A DNA stretch of 64,000 nt from NCBI GenBank assembly GCA_963795045.1, contig CAWCGB010000008.1:371308-435307 (forward strand). Reading direction: 5' to 3'. Made by a program: the position numbers and the translations under genes. Positions 18,428-28,216 of the stretch are shown in pieces (position 1 is the first letter of the stretch; every line of letters begins with the position of its first letter). This DNA is from an uncultured delta proteobacterium. GTDB lineage: Bacteria > Desulfobacterota > Syntrophobacteria > Syntrophobacterales > Syntrophobacteraceae. Below the pieces are notes generated by a model. The model ran no database searches. It was given only the letters and a program-made list of their open reading frames with translations, and was not told the DNA's origin.

Positions 18428-19312
18428 ATGATTCGTGAGCTTAGCGAACATGAAATCGACGCTCTCCACTACGAATTGCTGGTCAAAGACATCGTTGCGG
18501 GCGCGGAGAAGCTGCCCCCCTTTCCTGATATAGCCTGGAAAATCATATCTCTTGTGAAAAGCATGGCCCCGGTAAAGGAAATCGAAGATATCATAAAATA
18601 CGACCAGGCCATCGCGGCGAAAATCCTTCGGCTCGGCAATTCGGCCTTCTATGGCCGGCGATACGACATACATTCGATCAATGAAGCAATCCTTCTGATC
18701 GGCAACAAGCGGCTCATTCAGGTGGTAATGGCCGCCTGCGCCATCCGCTATTTCGGGAGCGGCCGATCAAAAGACGAGCGCGAACTTTGGGAGCACTCCG
18801 TGACCACGGCGCTAATCGCGGAGATAGTTGCGCGGCGCATCACCTACAATGGTATTCTCACACTCTATACCGCCGCGCTCCTCCATGACATAGGTAATAC
18901 CATCCTCAACCTCTATTCCAAGATTTATCTTCATTCCAGTCTTCGCGAGATGAGGGGCGATAGCGATATAGTCAGGTCGGAGCGGCGGGCGCTCGGGATC
19001 GACCACCAGGAACTTGGTGGAATTATAGCCCGCAACTGGAAGTTTCCTCCCGACATAACCGCGGCGATCGAACATCATCATAATCCTGAAAAAGCTGGCC
19101 AATTTGGAGAAATTACCACCCTGGTTTACGTCGCCAACCTTCTGGCGATCACATTTCAAAAGAGAAATGAGGATAAGCGAAACAAGGGAAACGATCCTGA
19201 ATCCGACCCTGTTTTAAAAAAACTCAACATCACACGCAAGATGATCGAGGATATCAAAGTCGAGCTTGAGGTCAGTATGGAAGGGGTCAGGCAGGCGCTG
19301 AGCGCCGTCTGA
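18428..19312 (+). CDS. HDOD domain signalling protein
   Basis: LPPFPDIAWKIISL, IIKYDQAIAAKILRLGNSAFYG and LLHDIGN are typical of HDOD. Confidence 0.8.
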   Translation: MIRELSEHEIDALHYELLVKDIVAGAEKLPPFPDIAWKIISLVKSMAPVKEIEDIIKYDQAIAAKILRLGNSAFYGRRYDIHSINEAILLIGNKRLIQVVMAACAIRYFGSGRSKDERELWEHSVTTALIAEIVARRITYNGILTLYTAALLHDIGNTILNLYSKIYLHSSLREMRGDSDIVRSERRALGIDHQELGGIIARNWKFPPDITAAIEHHHNPEKAGQFGEITTLVYVANLLAITFQKRNEDKRNKGNDPESDPVLKKLNITRKMIEDIKVELEVSMEGVRQALSAV

Positions 19313-19544
19313 GCCTTGTCTGTAAGGGACAATCAGGGAAGCAGGGGCCTGCCCGCTGAATTGAAATGGCGCTTACGGGCAGGAAAGATGACAAAGGGCG
19401 CGCTGGGGGTCAGGGAGATCGGACCCCACACCCTCATGGGGTATGGAGGCCGATCAGGAGTTTGAAGCAACCCCCCGCCTTAAGACGGGGGATTAGAAAT
19501 CATTGTGTCGATCTGGAAATTTTTCCCGCTAAACCACCACGGCT

Positions 19545-20861
19545 TCATGCAAGCGAGGGTGCTTTTTCACCCACCGCAGAAGGCCTTTTAGTGACTCGGG
19601 CAATAAGAACCGCGATAACCAATACACAGGCCGACATATAGAAAGCATAGTTGAGGCTTCCGGTTATATCCTTTATGGTCCCGCCAAGCCTGACCATGAA
19701 GAAGCCCAGACCCCAGCCGATGAACACCAGGCCGTAGTTGAAGCCCAAGTTCTTTGCCCCAAAGAAGTCGGCTGTAAAAGACGGCAGAAGCGCGAGACCG
19801 CCGCCATACTGCCAGTAAGCTATGCCGACAGCCAGAAAGAGCAGGAAAGCGCTCTTGGCGCCGATAACAGTTGGCATAAGGAAAAGACAAAGGGCGGACA
19901 CCAGACAATTGAGCGTATAGGCGTTGGTACGGCCGATTTTGTCAGAGTACATGCCTGTCCCGACCCGTCCCAATGCGTTAATGAGCCCTCCGAAGGAGAC
20001 CAGCCAAAAGGCGGCTGCGCCGAGTACCGGAGCGGCCATAGGCATCGCGTTGCCGATTATCAGAAGACCGGACTGAGTCGAGCCGATGAACATGAGGACC
20101 AGAGCGAAGAACTGCCAGGTCTTTACCATATCGCCGGCCTGCCAGTCTATCATTGTCAATGCTGGTTTGCCAGGCGCGCCTGTTTTGGACGCCGGTGCAG
20201 GGGGAACGTAGCCGGCGGGAGGCCATGCCAGGAGTTGCCCTGCGATTATGATGACCACCGCGAAAATGACCCCGAGTACAATAAAGCTGCCGCTGATACC
20301 GTAATTGGCAATCAGCCATTTGGCCAGGGGCGCGATGTAGAGCGCAGCGCCGCCGTAGCCGCCTACGACCAGGCCGGCGACGAGACCGCGTTTATGCGGA
20401 CCGAACCATTTCAGCGCGGCGGGAGTGGGAGCGGCGTATCCGATACCCATGCCGATTCCGCCCATTATACCGAAACCAATGATCAGACCTTCATAGCTCT
20501 TCATCAGACCGGCAACAATACACCCGGCGGCCAGGAAGAGCCCGCCGACAGTAGCTCCGACCTTCGGGCCGAACTTATCCTGGATCTTCCCGCCGGGGAT
20601 CATCAAAAGGGCGAATATGATGACGCACAGCGAGATGGGTGTGGCGGCCTCTGCGTTGCTCAGGTATGTCCAGGCCGAATTGATGCCGGGAAGAGGCGTA
20701 CCGACCATAGATAGGTCTACCTTACCGGCTTTCATCGGAACGGTAAGCGCTCCGCCCCACACGCTCCAAGCGTACAAAATTCCCAGGCACAGATTGATAG
20801 CCGTTCCTGCGAAAGTGACAACCCATGCCTTGCCAGGCACTTTTTCCAATGGTGCGGCCAT
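19545..20861 (-). CDS. MFS transporter (oxalate/formate antiporter-like)
   Basis: 438 aa with about 12 TM segments and an OFA-type N-terminus (WVVTFAGTAINLCLGILYAWSVW). RBS GGAG. Confidence 0.8.
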   Translation of the reverse strand: MAAPLEKVPGKAWVVTFAGTAINLCLGILYAWSVWGGALTVPMKAGKVDLSMVGTPLPGINSAWTYLSNAEAATPISLCVIIFALLMIPGGKIQDKFGPKVGATVGGLFLAAGCIVAGLMKSYEGLIIGFGIMGGIGMGIGYAAPTPAALKWFGPHKRGLVAGLVVGGYGGAALYIAPLAKWLIANYGISGSFIVLGVIFAVVIIIAGQLLAWPPAGYVPPAPASKTGAPGKPALTMIDWQAGDMVKTWQFFALVLMFIGSTQSGLLIIGNAMPMAAPVLGAAAFWLVSFGGLINALGRVGTGMYSDKIGRTNAYTLNCLVSALCLFLMPTVIGAKSAFLLFLAVGIAYWQYGGGLALLPSFTADFFGAKNLGFNYGLVFIGWGLGFFMVRLGGTIKDITGSLNYAFYMSACVLVIAVLIARVTKRPSAVGEKAPSLA

Positions 20862-21602
20862 TCTTTTCTCCTTTCACGTTAAAAATCCGGTTTGCAGGTA
20901 ATGTCTGGTAAGCCCTGGTCAGATAGAAATCGAACGGGGTACGGCCGGTACTCAAAAAAAATGCTATAAGGCCAAACAGAGAAAGAGGGGCGTTGCCTTA
21001 AACAGGGCGAAAGTAATGCAATGCGGACAGGAAGAAAAAACTGCGGCTAATCCGCTCTGGATTGGGGACAGCGTTCAAACGTAAACAAGAGTTCAAACCC
21101 GGACGGTCACACCTGAGAACTAGGGGGAAATTGGAAGGAGGACATGAGCATTAAAAAACGCTGGATAAATCGAAAAAGAAGTCAAAACCGCAAAAAATGA
21201 ATCCGATTCTTTCAGCTACCGGTTATTTCCTTCAATCACCTCCTTCTCTTTATAGGGATAACTGCGGCCGCCACAGTATCGATGTGTAAATCAAAACCAT
21301 GGCGCAAGGATAGTGGGAAAAGCGAGCGGGGATAATGAAAAACCAGCACAAGCAGAAGGAACGATGCTAAATCGACATTAACCGCAGCGGCGGTCTTTTG
21401 CAAGATCAATTTCTGTGAAGCTCTAAATTCCGGTGAAGCTATCTTCATGAAAGATTTGAAATTACACCGGTTTCCGAATGACCTTTTCCCGTTTCACGGG
21501 TATGAGACCCTGTCAGGACAAATTTTGAGGGCGGGTCAAGCACGTAAAATAACGAGTAATTTCATTGACCGGGTCACCTGCTCCAGTGGAGGCGGAGCGG
21601 CA

Positions 21603-22865
21603 TTACCTGGTTTCCGTCCATCTCCTGAATACAAGAGTTCCATTGGTTCCGCCAAAACCGAATGAGTTGGAGAGCGCTACTTCTATTTGCGCCTTGCGGG
21701 CCGTGTTTGGGACGTAATCGAGATCGCAGTCGGGGTCCGGAAATTCGTAATTGATAGTCGGGGGCATGAGCTGGTTATAGATAGTGAGGACCGTGTAGGC
21801 GGCTTCGACACCGCCGGCTGCACCCAGGAGGTGCCCAGTCATCGACTTTGTCGAACTTACCGCCATGTTGTAAGCGTGATCGCCGAAAACTGTCTTGATC
21901 GCCTGGGTCTCATATTTGTCGTTGAGGTCGGTCGAGGTGCCGTGAGCGTTGATATACTGCACCTCCGAAGGCTTTATCACGGCGTCGTCGATGGCCATCT
22001 GCATGCAGCGGGCTGCCCCTTCGCCGTCGGGGGCCGGCGCGGCCATGTGGTAAGCATCTCCGGAAGCGCCGAACCCGATTATTTCGGCATATATCCGAGC
22101 GCCGCGCGCGCGCGCGAAATTGAGCTCTTCGAGAATCAGTATGCCGGAACCTTCACTCAGTACGAAGCCGTCCCTTTCTTTGTCAAAAGGCCTGGAAGCT
22201 CGCTCCGGGTCTTCGTTGCGCGTCGAAAGGGCCCGCATTGCGTTAAAACCGGCTAATGCCAGGGTGGTCACGGTCGACTCGACACCCCCGGTGATCATCG
22301 CTTCGACAAACCCGTCCCGGATTAGATGACAAGCCTGGCCTATGGCGTGAGTCCCGGCCGCGCATGCAGTCTGCAGGGAAAGGTTGGGACCTTTTGCGCC
22401 GTGGTATATTGAAATGAGGCCAGGGGCCATATTGCTGATAATCATCGGAATGAAAAATGGGCTTACTTTTTTGGGACCCGATTCCAGGATCAGTTTGTGG
22501 GATTCCTCGATTGTGAGCAGGCCTCCAAGGCCGCAGCCCATTACGACACCAACTCGCGAGGAGATCTCAGGCTCTATTTTGAGTTCGGCGTCTTCCATGG
22601 CATAGCGGGCGGCGCCGAGCGCGAACTGGAGGAAAGGATCCATTTTCCGGAGTTCTTTCTTGCTGATGAACTCCTCCGGATGAAAGTTCTTGACCTCTCC
22701 GGCGATATGAGTCGCGAATGCGGAGGAATCGAAGCGGGTGATAGGGCCGATTCCTGACTTCCCGGCGATCAAGTTGGACCAGTTCTCTTCAATGCCGATT
22801 CCAACAGGGGAAATCAGCCCGATTCCCGTTACAACCACGCGCCTCCGATTATTGTCTAATCCCAT
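21603..22865 (-). CDS. fabF: 3-oxoacyl-ACP synthase II
   Basis: [15 protein letters not shown], active site [17 protein letters not shown] and [12 protein letters not shown] track start is 22880 (GTG). ATG 22865 follows GAGGTGGGA. Confidence 0.95.
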   Translation of the reverse strand: MGLDNNRRRVVVTGIGLISPVGIGIEENWSNLIAGKSGIGPITRFDSSAFATHIAGEVKNFHPEEFISKKELRKMDPFLQFALGAARYAMEDAELKIEPEISSRVGVVMGCGLGGLLTIEESHKLILESGPKKVSPFFIPMIISNMAPGLISIYHGAKGPNLSLQTACAAGTHAIGQACHLIRDGFVEAMITGGVESTVTTLALAGFNAMRALSTRNEDPERASRPFDKERDGFVLSEGSGILILEELNFARARGARIYAEIIGFGASGDAYHMAAPAPDGEGAARCMQMAIDDAVIKPSEVQYINAHGTSTDLNDKYETQAIKTVFGDHAYNMAVSSTKSMTGHLLGAAGGVEAAYTVLTIYNQLMPPTINYEFPDPDCDLDYVPNTARKAQIEVALSNSFGFGGTNGTLVFRRWTETR

Positions 22866-22917
22866 CCTGTTCTTTCCCACCTCAAACTGGAGATTTTAGT
22901 CTCGCGGCATTGGGTTT

Positions 22918-23697
22918 CTACCCCATGAACATGCCGCCATTGACATGTATAACCTGGCCGGTAATGTAGCCGGCCCCATCAGATGCTAGAAATGCAACGG
23001 CTGCCGCGATGTCCTCAGGAGCGCCGTACCTTGCTGCCGGAATTAGCTCCAGAAGAGCCTCCCGCGACTTTTTCGGGGTGGCGAGCGTCATGTCGGTCTC
23101 AATGAAGCCAGGAGCGACCGCGTTTACTGTTATGTTCCTGGAGATAATCTCCCGCGCGAGAGACCTGGTAAAGCCTATAAGCCCTGCCTTGGCGGCAGAG
23201 TAATTGCACTGCCCGGCATTTCCAATCACGGCAACCACCGATGTGACATTTACTATACGGCCGTAACGTTGCCGGATCATAGGTTTTATCACCGCCTGTG
23301 AGCAAAGGAAAGCGCCTTTGAGGTTGGTATTCATAACATCGTCCCAATCGGCGGCCTTCATCAATGCGAGGAGGTTGTCCTTTGCTATTCCGGCGTTGTT
23401 TACTAGCACGTCGATCCGGCCGTGCGCATCCAGGATTTGCTTGAATGCAGTCTTGACCGCGTCGGGGTCGGCCACGCTGAACTGCATGAGAGTAAAGCTT
23501 CCGCCCTTGCCCTCGACCATCTCCGCAGTCTGCCTGGCGGCCTCAGCGCTCGAGTTGTAATTGATGATTATATGGGTTTGCGCGGCGGCCATTTCCACTG
23601 CAATGGCCCGGCCAATCCCCCGGCTTGCTCCGGTCACCACAATAACGCGTTGTTCGCTCAATCTCCCCCCCTGCTGACAGGATCGTTGCTCACTCAA
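22918..23697 (-). CDS. fabG: 3-oxoacyl-ACP reductase
   Basis: TGASRGIG, NNAG, YSAAKAG and PGFIETDMT. It lies 37 nt upstream of fabF. Confidence 0.9.
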   Translation of the reverse strand: MSEQRSCQQGGRLSEQRVIVVTGASRGIGRAIAVEMAAAQTHIIINYNSSAEAARQTAEMVEGKGGSFTLMQFSVADPDAVKTAFKQILDAHGRIDVLVNNAGIAKDNLLALMKAADWDDVMNTNLKGAFLCSQAVIKPMIRQRYGRIVNVTSVVAVIGNAGQCNYSAAKAGLIGFTRSLAREIISRNITVNAVAPGFIETDMTLATPKKSREALLELIPAARYGAPEDIAAAVAFLASDGAGYITGQVIHVNGGMFMG

Positions 23698-23861
23698 GTG
23701 GGCTGTTCCTCACCCATGAGAAAAAAGTAGCCTAAGTTCGGTCCCCTTGTAGGGATTGGAAAAAGCCTGTAACAAAATCCCCCTTGATCCCGAAATGGGG
23801 AGACGCGCAAGGGGGGGCTGAAGATTCTCATCTGATTCGGAAAACGAGCAACATGGCCAGT

Positions 23862-25031
23862 TTAGAAGAAAGAGTCCTTGATTCTGCTGTATTCCTTGTT
23901 TAGCTCCTGGCCAATGATGTTCCGCTGGATTTCGTTCGTACCCTCGTAAATCTGGAGAATTTTAGCGTCGCGCATCATCTTTTCGACCGGATAATCCTGC
24001 ATGTATCCGTAGCCTCCGAGCACTTGCACGGCGTTTGTGGCCACCTCCATGGCAACGTCGCCGGCGAATACCTTAGCCATTGCAGCGACTTTGCTTGCGT
24101 CGTGAGGGTCGCGGTCCATGTGACGGGCGACACTGTAAATAAGGGCGCGCGCAGCCTCGGTTTTTATGGCCATGTCCGCAAGTTTGTGTTGAACCGCCTG
24201 GAAGCTTATGATCGGCTTTTCGAACTGGACCTTCTTTCTCGCATATTCGACTGCAACATCGAGCGCCCCCTGGGCCAGACCAACCCCCAGAGCGCCAATG
24301 CCCGGCCGGGATTTATCGAAAGTCTTCATCGCAATGATAAAACCCAATCCATCCCTGCCAATCAACCGGTCTTTGGGAATGCGGCAATCCTGAAAAATCA
24401 ACTCGCGGGTAGCCGATGCGCGAATTCCAAGCTTTTTTTCCTTCCTTCCGAACAAAAATCCGGGGTCCCCCTTTTCGACTACGAAAAAGCTTGCGCCTCG
24501 CGGCCCTTTGGAGCGGTCGGTTATGGCCAGAACCGAATAGATTTCCGCCTCACCGCCGTTGGTGATCCACTGCTTGGAACCATTGATGACGTAATAGTCT
24601 CCGTCTTTTACAGCCGTGGTCTTAATTCCGGAAACATCGCTTCCTGCCCCGGGCTCGGTAAGGCCAAAAGCCGCCAGTCTTTTCCCGCTGGCGATCTGAG
24701 GCAGGTATTTCTGCTTCAGATCCTCGCTGCCGTAGAGCAGGATCGGATATGCCCCGAGGCCGCTTGCAGCAAAGGTGGTGGCAATCCCGATACAAGCCTC
24801 CCCGAGCTTTTCGACGGCAAGGCAGTTTTCGAATATTCCTCCACCCATTCCACCATATTCTTCAGGGATATACAGGCCGAAAAGATTCGCCTCTGCGAGG
24901 GTCTTCATGATCTCCCAGGGAAACTCATCGTTTGTATCCAGTTCCGCTCTGACCGGTCGGATTTTTTCCCTGGCGATCTTCGCGGCTAATTCCTGTATAT
25001 TTTGCTGTTGTTCAGTCAATAAATAATCCAA
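23862..25031 (-). CDS. Acyl-CoA dehydrogenase (short/medium-chain type)
   Basis: LTEPGAGSD, QWITNGG, and the YEGTNEIQ C-terminal catalytic region. ORF track start is 25058. TTG 25031 lies 6 nt after GGAGGA and gives the usual LDYLLTEQQ N-terminus. Confidence 0.9.
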   Translation of the reverse strand: MDYLLTEQQQNIQELAAKIAREKIRPVRAELDTNDEFPWEIMKTLAEANLFGLYIPEEYGGMGGGIFENCLAVEKLGEACIGIATTFAASGLGAYPILLYGSEDLKQKYLPQIASGKRLAAFGLTEPGAGSDVSGIKTTAVKDGDYYVINGSKQWITNGGEAEIYSVLAITDRSKGPRGASFFVVEKGDPGFLFGRKEKKLGIRASATRELIFQDCRIPKDRLIGRDGLGFIIAMKTFDKSRPGIGALGVGLAQGALDVAVEYARKKVQFEKPIISFQAVQHKLADMAIKTEAARALIYSVARHMDRDPHDASKVAAMAKVFAGDVAMEVATNAVQVLGGYGYMQDYPVEKMMRDAKILQIYEGTNEIQRNIIGQELNKEYSRIKDSFF

Positions 25032-25215
25032 CTTATTTCCTCCGATCAAAAACCCCATGGGCTTCAGACAACCCGCCTGTCACTGCCTGCGCCGCAATGG
25101 CGGGAAGCGGGCAGGGGATTCAGAATCTGTTCCCCTTAACATAAAAAGAGGAGTTTAGCCAATATTCAGTTTCAGGATCACGGTTGGGTATTCCAGGTTT
25201 TCTTAATTCAAAGGC

Positions 25216-26280
25216 TTACTTTGGCGCAAATCCCCATTTGTTCTTAAGATTTTCAAGAATAAGCAGAGCGTTGAAATACTTGAAATCAGCCAGCGAGCTA
25301 TCCTGCTCGAGCTGTTCGGCCATTTTCCGGCATGTCTCCTTCTCGGCTATCCTGTATGCAAGCTGGATCGCGCTGCTGATAGCCTCGCTTTCGGAGCGGC
25401 CGTGGGCAACCACAACCGGCCCTTTCACTCCGAGCAGCGGCGCTCCGCCCACGTGCTGATAAGCATAGCTTTTCTGAAAGCCGTCGAATATCCGGCTCAA
25501 CTCGGCCCGGCTTTCGGCCCCGCTCTGCCTTACCTTACCGCCAAGCGCCCGAATCAGGCCCTCGGAAAGCCCTTCATACATTTTCATAACAATGTTGCCA
25601 ACGAAGCCTTCGCATATGACGGCATCGGTCTGGCCATTGAAGAGGTCGTTGGGTTCCAGGTTGCCGGTAAAGTTGAGGCCCGAGCGTTTAATGAGAGAAA
25701 AAGCACGCTGCACTGCTCGGGTACCTTTGACCGGCTCGCGTCCGATGTTGAGCAGGCCAATGCTGGGACGGTCTATCCCGCGGCTTGCCTTAAGGTAAAT
25801 ATGGGCAAGCACCGCAGACTGGGCCAGGTGTAAAGCCCCTGACTGGGCGTACGCGCCGGCATCCAGAAGAACCGGCCTGCCATCTTCCGTTGGAAAGGGA
25901 ACAGCAAGAGCGGGCCTTCTAAGTCCCGGCAGGAGTCCCACGAAGTGCTTAGCGGCGGCGACAATGGCCGAAGTATTCCCCGCGCTGACGACGGCGTCGA
26001 CTTCACCTTCGGCCAGCATCCGCATTGCCACATTCAGCGATGCGTCACGCTTTTTTCGGATAGCAACCGGGCCGAATTCCTCCATCGAAATCGCAAGGGG
26101 AGCGTGTACCACTTCCGGAAAACCCAGAGGACCTGGTTCCCCTCCGAGCGCCTCCCGAACAACCGGCTCGTTTCCGATCAGCACGAGGTCAGCCGGACAG
26201 GCTGACCGGGCCAGAAGCGTGCCTTCCACCACGGGTCCGGGAGCATGATCCCCTCCCATGGCATCTATCGCGATTCTCAT
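25216..26280 (-). CDS. plsX: Phosphate acyltransferase
   Basis: MRIAIDAMGGDHAP and a full-length PlsX-like sequence. Confidence 0.95.
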   Translation of the reverse strand: MRIAIDAMGGDHAPGPVVEGTLLARSACPADLVLIGNEPVVREALGGEPGPLGFPEVVHAPLAISMEEFGPVAIRKKRDASLNVAMRMLAEGEVDAVVSAGNTSAIVAAAKHFVGLLPGLRRPALAVPFPTEDGRPVLLDAGAYAQSGALHLAQSAVLAHIYLKASRGIDRPSIGLLNIGREPVKGTRAVQRAFSLIKRSGLNFTGNLEPNDLFNGQTDAVICEGFVGNIVMKMYEGLSEGLIRALGGKVRQSGAESRAELSRIFDGFQKSYAYQHVGGAPLLGVKGPVVVAHGRSESEAISSAIQLAYRIAEKETCRKMAEQLEQDSSLADFKYFNALLILENLKNKWGFAPK

Positions 26281-26310
26281 CTTGAAGACTCTTTGGCCTT
26301 GATCTCCGCT

Positions 26311-26493
26311 CTATTCTTCCTCTAGTTCCAGGACCAGCCGGCCTTTGTAGTACCCGCAGTTCGGGCAGGCGCGGTGTGCCAGACGCATTTCATTACATTG
26401 GGAGCAGCGGGCCAGAGCCGGAGCGGCAACAGCATGGTTGGCCCTCCGTTTGTCGCGTCTGGCTTTGGAGGTTTTTCTCTTCGGTACACCCAT
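26311..26493 (-). CDS. rpmF: 50S ribosomal protein L32
   Basis: MGVPKRKTSKARRDKRRA plus CxxC...CxxC. Confidence 0.95.
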   Translation of the reverse strand: MGVPKRKTSKARRDKRRANHAVAAPALARCSQCNEMRLAHRACPNCGYYKGRLVLELEEE

Positions 26494-26557
26494 CGTTTAA
26501 CTCCTGATCTTGAATTGAGCCCGCAAAGGCGGGCATTGCCTGCTGATTAGCGCGAAA

Positions 26558-27109
26558 TTATTTCGTGGATTCGCGTGGTCCGGGTTTCAAAGATTTGAGC
26601 TTGGCAAATGGAGACTGCCCACTATCCGCCTTGCACCGGCAGACTTCTTCATTGAGGTTTGCCCCGCATCCCGGGCATATCCCTTTGCACTCTTCGACGC
26701 AAAGCACCTTCACCGGCAGCGCGAGAAAGACTTGCTCAGCTACGAGCTGATCAACTTCGATCACCTCACCATCGAAAAATTCATATACCAGTTCGTCCGG
26801 TTCGAGCTCCTTCTCTTGTTCTTTGGGCATCCGTACCTTTTCGAACAGGTAGAGGTCAACAGGTTCGTTCAGAGGCAGCGGAAATGGCTTCAGACACCGA
26901 TGACAGCTAACCTCAAGATCCCCTTCGATCTTGCCGGTAACTCGTACATGGTCCTGACGCCTGTCCAGGTTCAGCACGACGTTCACAGGGCGGAGCAGCC
27001 TGAGGCTGAATGGATCGCCCGGCGGGACGAACTGCCTTAGCCTGTCTTCATCCCAGTGGAATCTGAGAGTGCGTCCTGATTCCGGGATCTCGTCGACGCG
27101 AACGCGCAT
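26558..27109 (-). CDS. yceD: YceD/DUF177 family protein
   Basis: Conserved position upstream of rpmF. C-terminal CKGICPGCGANLNEEVCRC motif. Confidence 0.85.
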   Translation of the reverse strand: MRVRVDEIPESGRTLRFHWDEDRLRQFVPPGDPFSLRLLRPVNVVLNLDRRQDHVRVTGKIEGDLEVSCHRCLKPFPLPLNEPVDLYLFEKVRMPKEQEKELEPDELVYEFFDGEVIEVDQLVAEQVFLALPVKVLCVEECKGICPGCGANLNEEVCRCKADSGQSPFAKLKSLKPGPRESTK

Positions 27110-27361
27110 GTGTTTAACCTTTCCGCCAAAACAATCAAGTATAAATATATTCGCGGAGCTGTCAATAAACTTCGCGTAATTTGGCGGATTTACATGAATT
27201 TAGGGGCGCAATGTCGGCTATGGTATGTCTTCGCCGATGTTGCAAAGGCAGGCATCGAGCGCCAGGGTGAGCCAGAGATACTCCCATTGGCGCGAACCAT
27301 TTCTGTTGATGTCTCCAGGCGACGCCGAAGGCAGCGCCGAAAATTTGAGCGGCAATCCCGG

Positions 27362-27880
27362 CTAGAACTTCTTGACCGCCTGATTGACCACGTCTTGCGA
27401 AACTTCCTCGAATACCTTTTTCCAGGCATTTCTCGTAAGAGTACCGCCGCCAAATGCAATCTTGCGTTTCGATTCGATGCTCGCTAATTGTTTGCCGCCC
27501 TGGCTGAGTTCTACTCTGACAGTCAGGACAGTATTCCCCATGTATGGGAGCCAGCGCTCGGCCATGGACCCCTTCTTGAAATATTCGATATGGCCTACCA
27601 GGATGTATGGCTCACCCTGGAGCTGCGGCGTCCATAGCATTCCCCGCTTTCTCAGTGAATCCTCAAGCCCGTTCCACAGAAGACCGATTACGTCCACATC
27701 ATAGACCTGGTGTGTATCGTTGGATACATCGGTCACCCTCACTTTGTAGGGCGAAGTGACAACCTCTTTGGGCGTATATATGTCGCCCGCCACGTGAATA
27801 TCCCCGGTTCCTCCCCTGTGGCATGCAAACATGAATACTGCTATGAAAACAAGTGCAGGAAAATAGATTCTTCTGGCCAT
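27362..27880 (-). CDS. Putative lipoprotein (DUF4410-like)
   Basis: Signal peptide with FMFAC lipobox-like cysteine. 172 aa. The family assignment is tentative. Confidence 0.5.
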   Translation of the reverse strand: MARRIYFPALVFIAVFMFACHRGGTGDIHVAGDIYTPKEVVTSPYKVRVTDVSNDTHQVYDVDVIGLLWNGLEDSLRKRGMLWTPQLQGEPYILVGHIEYFKKGSMAERWLPYMGNTVLTVRVELSQGGKQLASIESKRKIAFGGGTLTRNAWKKVFEEVSQDVVNQAVKKF

Positions 27881-28216
27881 AGATATCCCTCTCTGCCGAA
27901 TTTTCGGACGAATCTATACGAAAACATCGCAATGAGCAAATTATTCTCAAAAGAAGGCCCCCGCCTTTTTCGCTCAAATCCGGATAGTGCCAGAGGCCGA
28001 AGAGATGGGCAAGCGCTTAATAAAGTCAGCGTTGATTAAACTTCTTTCTAATTGCCGTTTTCTGTTATTTTTGTCCGCCGGGAGTATAATTGAGTTCGCT
28101 GCAATATTATGTTATTGAACGTGCCCTTGCTCGTTCACGCAATTCATCCCCCAAAAGGGAAAACTAATCGCACAGGTGCGATTCACCGCTCGGCCGCCGA
28201 TAGGAGTATCGTTGAA

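Noticed and set aside
24024-24989. 321-aa + strand ORF
   Set aside because: It is entirely antisense to the clearly identifiable acyl-CoA dehydrogenase. It is a GC-rich shadow frame.
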